DNA of 64,000 nucleotides. Origin: a virus. The notes beneath the pieces were generated by a model. It did no database searches. It was given only the letters and a program-made list of their open reading frames with translations, and had not been told where the DNA came from. The DNA lies in IMG/VR virus record IMGVR_UViG_3300036398_003294, positions 1 through 64,000 of that record. The stretch is one strand, 5' to 3'. Each line of letters opens with the position of its first letter. Position 1 is the first letter of the stretch. The translations under genes were made by a program, and so were the position numbers. Shown piece by piece: positions 58,601 through 64,000 of this stretch.

Positions 58601-61213
58601 AAATTTATTCCTCCTAATACAAATTATGATTTCACTTCTCTTTTTAATACTCAACAAACTCCTATCCTATTTAAATTTATACAAGCAGGTGCTTATACTG
58701 ATACTTGTGTTCAATTTACTTTCAATGGTTCACAATGGTCTGTCACCACTAGCATCTTATCCCCCACAAGCTATAATATTTCTAACCTTGACCTTTCTAC
58801 TATTAATGAAATCAAATTTCAAACTGTTGGTGTTCTTTCCTCTATCTATGGTCTAACTCCTGATATTCCTTTTAATACTATGATCCCTTTCACCTGCTCT
58901 CTTAATGATTCCCATAATGATAATAACCTCACTATTAATGAAGATAGATGCTCCATTACTCACCAATATATAGACTTCTCTTATTTTGCTCCTACTAATA
59001 CGACTATCGATAATGTAAATGTCCAAACTGAACTTATTATAGGTATCACTAATGTTGCTTATTATGACTTAAATTTATCTACACCATCTATTCAACCTAT
59101 CGCAACTAATTCTTCTTTCTCTTCTAATGCTCTACAACCATATACCTTCTACTCTTCTTCAAATCCAAACACTTTACTTATCCCTTCTTTCTTTGGCAAA
59201 GGTAACATACCTCTATCCTACAATAATATCACAGGCAATTTATTTACTTCTGCTAAAGTTGACACTGACTCAACACTCCCCACTAACTACACTGCATACT
59301 TCCACCACTCTTCTAATTCTAATTATTTTCTCACTCTCTTTAATATCTCAGCACCAATAGATAATGTCTTGCCTAATGATCTTGTCTTCTTTAATGGCAT
59401 TTCTCTTTTAGGTATCGTTAAAGAAACTGCATTAACTCCTACCATAACCATCAATCTCAATCCTGCTTTTCCTACATTCTCTTCTGCTAATAATACAGAA
59501 ATCCAAATGATTGATGCTTTCGATACTTCTACCTTCACTAACACTACCATTTACATCCAAATCGATGCAGATCAATCTATGTATAAATGCACAGGTATCT
59601 CATATAATCCTGCCACTAAAATTATCTCTATTGGTACGATCGTTCAATATGACTATAATACAAACTCCACTACTCCTATCCTAACTCCTATCTCTTTATC
59701 TTCAGGTTATGTTACAGGTCAAACTATCGTACCCTTTGACAACTTTTCTTCATCCTTCCCTTTTAATTCCAATGCCACTGTTAATAACCATACCAAGACT
59801 TTTAACACAAACACCACTGCTAATAATAAAATCACTTTCTCCACTGAAACTATTTTTCTTAGAGCATATATAACCACTGCCACACTTACATACTCTATTA
59901 CTACACCTGCCATTAAACTTAATTCTACTGCTCCTAGTCTTCTTAATGCTAACCTTGCTACTCTTAATACTTCTACTCTTTTCACTGACTACCTTACTAA
60001 CATCAACACATACCTTTTCCCATCTCCACCACCCGTACCACCTAACGACAACCTTACTCTTCCTGTCACTTTCTCTATTAGACGAACTAGACGATTTGAT
60101 CAAAAATTCTCTTCTTTCCAAGCTGACTACATTAAAAATTTCTACCTAAGAATCCAAACCTCTTCACCTTCCATCTCATACTCTAATCCTTATCTTATCA
60201 CCTTTAATAATCCTACTAATATCGATGCACTCTCTATCGGTGATATCCTTGCACAAGCTAATACTCCTTTTGCTCGTATCACTAATATAGACAATAATAA
60301 CTTCACTGCTCTTATCTTTGACCAATCTGTTACACCTACTGCAAACACTTATTATTATGCCTACAAACAAAACAGTAAACCTATAGAACAATCTCTTATC
60401 CAGCTTATTAATAATAATCTCATCACTAAAAATAATATACTAGCATCACAATCACCTATCTCTATCACTAACCTAAATGAATTTACTTTTCCTTTAACAG
60501 AAGACATCACACCTATTAAAACAGGTCAATATCTTTTCATCTATCCTAATCCACTTGGTGAAGCTAGATCTAGCACTACTCATCCTTCTCTTGATGATAA
60601 TCGTGGTCTTTATCTTATTACTAATATAGATACAAACACTAGAATTTTATCTCTTGATCCTATTATAGGCACTGACTATCTTACTTATGATAATGCTTAT
60701 CCTACTAATTACTCTTTTGATCTTATTCCTACTGTAGATATTCCTATCTCACAATGGTCTATTATAGATCTTGCTCAATCAAATGATCTACCTATCATTG
60801 CTTATCTTCTTTATGAGAGATTATTATCTTATGTCTATAATCTTTCTTCTTTATATGCCTCTCAACCTTATCTACCTACTTGGCAAGATTTCTTTTATGC
60901 AGGTTATGCCTCTTCTACTGATCCTGATATTTTAGGTATTGATGATACTACTACTATTACTAATCCTCAATTCTTAGATGTTATAGGTAATGTAGATACA
61001 TATCCTTATCAACCTACAGACCAAAGACTTTCTATTTTAGATAGACGATATTATATTGAAGATCCTTTCTTAATTTTAGATGGTTATCTTAATAGCTTAC
61101 CTAGTGCTTTAAAGTCTTTTCTTGAAGACACTATTGATGGTTTTGATTTGCGATCTAGTAGATATTATTGGTTAAACATCCGTGCAAATAAAGTTTATGG
61201 CACTAAAAAGTAG
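52652..61213 (+). CDS. Giant putative virion structural protein (2853 aa)
   Basis: Uninterrupted 8.5-kb ORF with beta-rich modules (DY.I...TGEI, G.I.F..PL..G..I.V.Y); no catalytic motif recognised. Confidence 0.75.
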   Translation: MSSKIILDTKNANTNQSTTSLATRFIGNRDAYRQGTLCFDQGQVEYLLISMNNSKIAWSLNPVRNFTLNPTGNMDGNYYEYKIQTYDAIKSPVPTSTKFLKPNLFYSLVNNLTDADFYLEEPLFHWTRNDSSKQRFDWDGQNWKLLKGGSPVSLGILTTSEYSLPKGLIDEDNVFVNLIYIGQDLIPATTKKFSVKPDPFTFDGTFDVAIFVDQNKVQFKDAFIQANAGKEIWFFNESLDTSDGIVHPIYDSYYLSPKPQGFETPLLRLGNREYLSVQYYDDESLFPLSLEKGIAYISKQTSKVSLLNPDNYTLYYDGLVLSSKPVSFVEPVLIENGKINPKTNFTAGFDVIADGTGILPTGDNPTSSRPDGSGLKIAVLNKYNYVINDVGDMIDVNIYPTYEDLPNDLKWSKAYLTLVKNPSDFTINIEFKSTFLSFQQDKGRSLYFTQSAIPLKSYTKYNDTDFRIYSAKQDKYTITGGVLRLVINGITRNLDFNSLTGNKQAWEIQDHFDTLLGSSNNPIKSENRYLVIKASSSVQILDTSDLEILQALGFVTHQNITDWYLTTGLYFDLQKRNDNNADYDFTSTILYNDIQVTKEIIQSTYAFLDFIPREDFDGYSENTFFKVGKNTLTADVEIQHLFNESKFAWIRNITRTRKIDTPTAILDLEPGVVDQSTSITLTKDKFTANLVENETFDTNIAGFARYFTRYSKQIEQGFNAVINDEEYTLDATYDINPNDWIQTSTHFFKVLDVNANVLSLSSIPSDTSWKAFKGYSEPDPSLLTSECFISLNNVRSFLKVKKVHATGSNTLKQTITAKCSIEENLIARFNDNTEQAVTILKDVALGLSTDQCFVDITDPRVLDLQFKIRVGSDATLYTPVFDTPSADVSINSSTGEITLSTALTSLTGDVVFIPLAYQNIEVLISSETTSEFYGVNKPAYIIEEVSHDDYVVETTGGNISFLSPLDAGVSIEVEYYTDENTQIVEPILFTIQNETTTKITSTKYSFNPNDYTIEQTVTPQVYVGAEIVGIFDDTQIPTFDYTTNILTLPNANTEDYTVKISYSIKQAIGGEYTIKVVNPIWLPLMQIPKGSTGFDIYGDYTSIVKANSVIKSTTEFFVVDTATYANGKTTITFDGNPAKFDSGARSPSDDPKIFVLSNENIFIALSTLTGNNNHVINAKPLSSSITISEDVTAFIQVNTLMFLDTDCYQVKSIQLSDDQTRTIITFTSVLSIDVSSEPIITVSARPVYNQNDTKIYGKPFLADQDYKLIKYDTEFGIGSELVPNFDYSINDTTGEIQLNLNHSVQPNISYYFFHTRPQSLSPFLSNGRLIYPTFKANFNQYIESPYIGKKLFAKCVINAQDQFYLRVVEQDDYESEVNFTTSSTNGRSKSFGDTPKGVGLGIYDDLAKDVIARKNLSDYNQVITNLENLDLDRSVGDQDGAFKFEIIQATSDYFGTGLEDPLTRELNPRYVALEILNVENPSTYLLPTDPIKISASYNPVTGGLTVGSNPTASQIDTIINKQKSLIYNDIDDLVLTDTKSVSTFYFLGINSTLYFIWKSMSKDSVFSRLYPEKMQSAYFLADGDFNFLDTYGKRIGSVSNPLLNPITNISSLTMRKRAGAYFVYDYSSTGYAGISTNPTLILSSVPLSEFPIDQDTGLPNTNELIHSSNPTGSTYSVASGNPTLVIPPLSIGNLIAISNDNNTFTSIKDRNSPVISLTSFDYRNAQIQDIIQGCYVVLNTTAPIVDNISLNATFGQTILQNLSGGDIDNQTPSLFEYRIGFDVKVNYKSGSIIDNSYPSLNDPNLPIKEFVEQNPPSPNECLEGDVFFNYTATEPFEQLPALNGLNQNDSGLLSIPYANLNGKERELLNRLTRDIKAILYKQYAGNLVYPDELRFDLNIDTSTGTIINPNIDPTDKNDLVIIKGHGFYQSSSDSELIIPRMNISSNNNIVEYKLSNFITGNEFIVYPPSLISVFPTTVYQYRLKFIPPNTNYDFTSLFNTQQTPILFKFIQAGAYTDTCVQFTFNGSQWSVTTSILSPTSYNISNLDLSTINEIKFQTVGVLSSIYGLTPDIPFNTMIPFTCSLNDSHNDNNLTINEDRCSITHQYIDFSYFAPTNTTIDNVNVQTELIIGITNVAYYDLNLSTPSIQPIATNSSFSSNALQPYTFYSSSNPNTLLIPSFFGKGNIPLSYNNITGNLFTSAKVDTDSTLPTNYTAYFHHSSNSNYFLTLFNISAPIDNVLPNDLVFFNGISLLGIVKETALTPTITINLNPAFPTFSSANNTEIQMIDAFDTSTFTNTTIYIQIDADQSMYKCTGISYNPATKIISIGTIVQYDYNTNSTTPILTPISLSSGYVTGQTIVPFDNFSSSFPFNSNATVNNHTKTFNTNTTANNKITFSTETIFLRAYITTATLTYSITTPAIKLNSTAPSLLNANLATLNTSTLFTDYLTNINTYLFPSPPPVPPNDNLTLPVTFSIRRTRRFDQKFSSFQADYIKNFYLRIQTSSPSISYSNPYLITFNNPTNIDALSIGDILAQANTPFARITNIDNNNFTALIFDQSVTPTANTYYYAYKQNSKPIEQSLIQLINNNLITKNNILASQSPISITNLNEFTFPLTEDITPIKTGQYLFIYPNPLGEARSSTTHPSLDDNRGLYLITNIDTNTRILSLDPIIGTDYLTYDNAYPTNYSFDLIPTVDIPISQWSIIDLAQSNDLPIIAYLLYERLLSYVYNLSSLYASQPYLPTWQDFFYAGYASSTDPDILGIDDTTTITNPQFLDVIGNVDTYPYQPTDQRLSILDRRYYIEDPFLILDGYLNSLPSALKSFLEDTIDGFDLRSSRYYWLNIRANKVYGTKK

Positions 61214-61499
61214 TCGGTATTCGTCTTTATATTATATGAAACATTAGTTTATTTGTACATAACCTCGTTTTGAAAAAACATGGTTATGTGTGTGCAGGTC
61301 TTGTATGTGCAGAAAAGACTAAACCCATATTGAAAATGGAAAAGAAAAAATTGAAAATGAAATAGTTTTTGGAAAATAAATTATATAAGCAGTTTATCCG
61401 ATTTTTGAAAAGTATATCTATATGGGAAAAAGTTTATCTAAGTTATTGAAAAGATTGAAATCGAAAAAATTGAAATAAATAAAGTAAATAAAAAGGGAA

Positions 61500-61961
61500 T
61501 CAGATTTTATAGAGTCTAACAAAAGGTAGATAGAGCTGGATATTGGGAAGGATGTGAACAAAAAGGGAATTGATGTTAGACATTTTATGTAAAAGACCAT
61601 CATAGGATTGTAGTTGTTCATTAGAGATAAGACCAAGAACATAAAGATTTTGATCATTATCAGAGAAATGGGAAAGGGAATGAGTAGGTAGTAAAGAGTT
61701 GGTAGTGGATAGGTAGTACTGGTATTTAAGATGAAGGGACTGTTGGAGAGCAAGTACAGCTTTTTCAGCATCCTCAAAGGAAAAGTTTTCATCATGAAAG
61801 AAAGGATAGAGAAGTGCTTTAGCAGGAGTATGTAAAAATTCTGAGAGAATGGAAAGGTCTTGCTGGTAAAGTTGAGTAAGAGTATCAACAGAGATAGGTA
61901 GGATTTCAATCTTTGCATAAGATTGATTAATAGGAAAAGATTTATGAAGGATTTTAAGCAT
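61500..61961 (-). CDS. Hypothetical protein
   Basis: 153 aa, starts 6 bp after the previous stop; preferred over overlapping 61418..61918. Confidence 0.6.
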   Translation of the reverse strand: MLKILHKSFPINQSYAKIEILPISVDTLTQLYQQDLSILSEFLHTPAKALLYPFFHDENFSFEDAEKAVLALQQSLHLKYQYYLSTTNSLLPTHSLSHFSDNDQNLYVLGLISNEQLQSYDGLLHKMSNINSLFVHILPNIQLYLPFVRLYKI

Positions 61962-61966
61962 AGTGG

Positions 61967-62209
61967 TTAATCCATATAAGGAAGGTTGTTAAATTGTTTG
62001 GGATTGACAACAAGAACATTGCCTGTAAGAAAAGGAAAGAAAGGATTAGCAGGAAGATCTAAGACCAAACCTTCTTCATTAAAAAGAAGAGTATTAGAAC
62101 CTTTATTAAGGATTTGAACAAGACCACCTACAAGAGATTGAGCATGAGAAAAAGAAGTGATTTCAATTTCTGATTGAACACCATTAGAAGAGAAAAGAGT
62201 AGCTTTCAT
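61967..62209 (-). CDS. DUF3846-like protein
   Basis: Q.LVGG.VQ....L.FNEEG...LP.N.....G.VLV; RBS AAGGA. Confidence 0.8.
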   Translation of the reverse strand: MKATLFSSNGVQSEIEITSFSHAQSLVGGLVQILNKGSNTLLFNEEGLVLDLPANPFFPFLTGNVLVVNPKQFNNLPYMD

Positions 62210-62241
62210 AGCTGTAAGTCCTTTGTTGAGTTACTGTAATA

Positions 62242-62270
62242 AAACACTTGTGTGTAAGCAATCATTGCAA
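62242..62270 (-). promoter_or_regulatory. Conserved cassette motif, copy 8
   Basis: Minus strand TTGCAAT-gatt-GC-ttacaca-CAAGTGTTT. Confidence 0.8.
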
Positions 62271-62273
62271 CTT

Positions 62274-62561
62274 TTAAAAAGTTTTTTTACTAAGTAGGAA
62301 TTTGAGTTTAGGTTTGATTGAAGCAGGATTTGTTTCTTCAATATAGAAACTTCTTGACTTGCCTAAGTCATTGCCTAAATCTTTTCTGACTTGGACAAAG
62401 AAATAGACCTTACCTTTTTGTATGTGTTGCATACCATGTATGTGTATGCAGGTAGTATCATCAAGTTGATGATAGATGCAACCAGATGCTTGTGCATCAG
62501 TAGTCATATTTGGATAAGCAACAGAAAGAGCAGAGATGATATGTTGAGATAAAGTGTTCAT
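62274..62561 (-). CDS. Small hypothetical protein
   Basis: 95 aa, RBS AAGGAG. Confidence 0.75.
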   Translation of the reverse strand: MNTLSQHIISALSVAYPNMTTDAQASGCIYHQLDDTTCIHIHGMQHIQKGKVYFFVQVRKDLGNDLGKSRSFYIEETNPASIKPKLKFLLSKKTF

Positions 62562-62570
62562 AGTGACTCC

Positions 62571-62864
62571 TTATTTGATGTTTTTGGGAAAAAAGGTTTT
62601 GAGTATTTTTATGCAGTCATCTGCTTTACAGGATTCATACCTGTCTTCAATATGGACTTCATGTTTGTCCATGATAGACATAGAGAAGGTGCAGATTGCT
62701 CTACATATAGGTGTTTTGTAGACAAGAGTAAATCTTGTTGTGTCTTGGTGCTTACCTGTATAAACACAAGTAAATACATAGCCATCAAAATCACATTCAG
62801 AAGTGATTTCTAGGTTGCTGTACTTTGCTCTAAGAGAGTTTAACAAATCATTAAAGTGGATCAT
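62571..62864 (-). CDS. Small hypothetical protein (motif-headed cassette)
   Basis: 97 aa, RBS AAGGA, after motif copy 9. Confidence 0.7.
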   Translation of the reverse strand: MIHFNDLLNSLRAKYSNLEITSECDFDGYVFTCVYTGKHQDTTRFTLVYKTPICRAICTFSMSIMDKHEVHIEDRYESCKADDCIKILKTFFPKNIK

Positions 62865-62902
62865 TTTTCATTTCCTTTCGTTTTACATTACCTACATATA
62901 TA

Positions 62903-62931
62903 AAACACTTGTGGATTAGCTTTGATTGCAA
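62903..62931 (-). promoter_or_regulatory. Conserved cassette motif, copy 9
   Basis: Minus strand TTGCAAT-caaa-GC-taatcca-CAAGTGTTT; back-to-back with copy 10. Confidence 0.8.
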
Positions 62932-62972
62932 TTTTGAGAAAGTTTTTTTATGGGAAAAATATTTTTATAAAG

Positions 62973-63001
62973 TTGCAATGGATGCTTATCCATAAGTGTT
63001 T
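62973..63001 (+). promoter_or_regulatory. Conserved cassette motif, copy 10
   Basis: TTGCAAT-ggat-GC-ttatcca-TAAGTGTTT. Confidence 0.8.
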
Positions 63002-63052
63002 TATTACCATAGGTATGTAGGTTGTGATTAAACAAAACACGGAGTAAAAGCT

Positions 63053-63355
63053 ATGTCAAAGCTAAAAATGTTAAATGATCTTAAGCTCAAATTAGAAAAT
63101 TCAAAAATTGAGTTTAGTCATGTAGTGGCAAACAAGATGATTGAGATCAAACACCAAGCACTTGCAAATAGCAAGATTGAGATCAAGGTTTCTTGTGAAA
63201 AAGATGAGTATGGTGCATATCTCAAAGTCCATGTGAATGATGATTGTCTTGGGATGTTTGCAGAAAACACAGACACAGAATTTACAAGTGTAGTGAAACT
63301 AACCAACAGTATTAAATCAGTGATTAAATATGAAAGTGAGTATTGGGGATGTTAG
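63053..63355 (+). CDS. Small hypothetical protein (motif-headed cassette)
   Basis: 100 aa, RBS GGAG; short internal repeat NSKIEF/NKMIEIK/NSKIEIK. Confidence 0.75.
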   Translation: MSKLKMLNDLKLKLENSKIEFSHVVANKMIEIKHQALANSKIEIKVSCEKDEYGAYLKVHVNDDCLGMFAENTDTEFTSVVKLTNSIKSVIKYESEYWGC

Positions 63356-63603
63356 AAGTCAGTAAAGAAAAGTTGAAGTCAGCAAATGACTACCTAGTGC
63401 AAGCAAATGGTAGTTTGTCATACAAGACAATCCTACTAGAAATCCTACCAGATATTTTGGATTTAGATATTCACAAAGTGAGTGCAACTGAGTTGGTAGG
63501 AAAAAACTACTTTTTATATGATCATATAAAAAGAGAACATAAAGATGAATATCCAGCTTTATTGAGTGCATTGGCATTATCAGTGCCTAATGAAAAGCAG
63601 TAA
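63343..63603 (+). CDS. Hypothetical protein
   Basis: 86 aa; probable start ATG 63349 overlapping the previous stop. Confidence 0.6.
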   Translation: MGMLEVSKEKLKSANDYLVQANGSLSYKTILLEILPDILDLDIHKVSATELVGKNYFLYDHIKREHKDEYPALLSALALSVPNEKQ

Positions 63604-63619
63604 AGTTTTTTTCATAAAG

Positions 63620-63648
63620 TTGCAATAGATGCTTATCCATAAGTGTTT
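63620..63648 (+). promoter_or_regulatory. Conserved cassette motif, copy 11
   Basis: TTGCAAT-agat-GC-ttatcca-TAAGTGTTT. Confidence 0.8.
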
Positions 63649-63698
63649 TATTACCGTAGGTATGTAGGTTGTGATTAAACAAACAAAGGAAAAAACAA

Positions 63699-64000
63699 AT
63701 GATTAAGTCAATTGTAAAAAAAGTTGCTCTTGCTCTTGCTAACCACTCAATTTCATTAAAAGTGGAAACACTAGATAATGAAGAGGCTTTTGTCACAGTG
63801 GAAAAAGAAGGTGTGTATTATTCACTAATTTTGCTTAGTGATTATGCAGAATTTTCTGAAACATATTTCAATGATGACATTGGATGTGAAGATCAGAGAA
63901 TTCTTCTTGAAGAAAAAGACTATGAGATTGAAACTTTAGTAGGCAAGATTGCAGGCATTATGGATGCACAGATTGAATCTTTTAGAAAAGAATTAGAGTT
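63699..64000 (+). CDS. Acidic hypothetical protein, runs off the window (motif-headed cassette)
   Basis: RBS AAGGA, ATG 63699, MIKSIVKKVALALANHSISLKVE..., no stop before the edge. Confidence 0.75.
   Translation, partial: MIKSIVKKVALALANHSISLKVETLDNEEAFVTVEKEGVYYSLILLSDYAEFSETYFNDDIGCEDQRILLEEKDYEIETLVGKIAGIMDAQIESFRKELE

Noticed and set aside
1892-60391. Many short antisense or out-of-frame ORFs in the ORF track (for example 5059..5262, 14565..14912, 19720..20133, 48237..48527, 59750..60121)
   Set aside because: They lie wholly within longer credible genes, lack RBSs and look like codon-bias shadows
61214-61499. tRNA or structured ncRNA in the largest intergenic gap
   Set aside because: A-rich, with no cloverleaf or convincing stems visible by eye; a covariance-model search would be needed to exclude it fully
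61418-61918. 166-aa hydrophobic ORF
   Set aside because: Overlaps the better-positioned 61500..61961 ORF in another frame; its L/F/I richness follows from the pyrimidine-rich strand
1-64000. Stop-codon reassignment
   Set aside because: Very long ORFs and near-complete coding density under the standard bacterial code; TAA, TAG and TGA all end genes

Overview
AT-rich segment of a large contractile-tailed (jumbo-type) phage genome; no host core genes, rRNA, tRNA or CRISPR were seen. It contains the 3' part of an NAD-dependent DNA ligase, a double SspB-like protein, a minus-strand baseplate/tail-fibre operon (2.6-21.2 kb), neck/tail-completion genes, a 1732-aa tail sheath, a family A DNA polymerase, an Hc1-like DNA-binding protein, a C39-like peptidase, two related N6-adenine methyltransferase (type IIG/ISP-like) genes and a 2853-aa putative virion protein. 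The strongest candidate for a new system is an array of 11 translationally coupled, mosaic 70-76 aa paralogues right after the DNA polymerase (35839-38276). They resemble a free-standing piece of the target-recognition region of DNA methyltransferases and may form a shuffled library of specificity modules. Other signals: an 11-copy fixed-spacing motif (TTGCAAT-N4-GC-N7-YAAGTGTTT) heading small-gene cassettes inserted among structural genes, recurring hairpins that cover ribosome-binding sites, avoidance of CCWGG at every Pro-Gly codon pair checked, and a sharp GC-skew inversion near 61.3 kb. Family assignments come from recalled motifs, not database searches.
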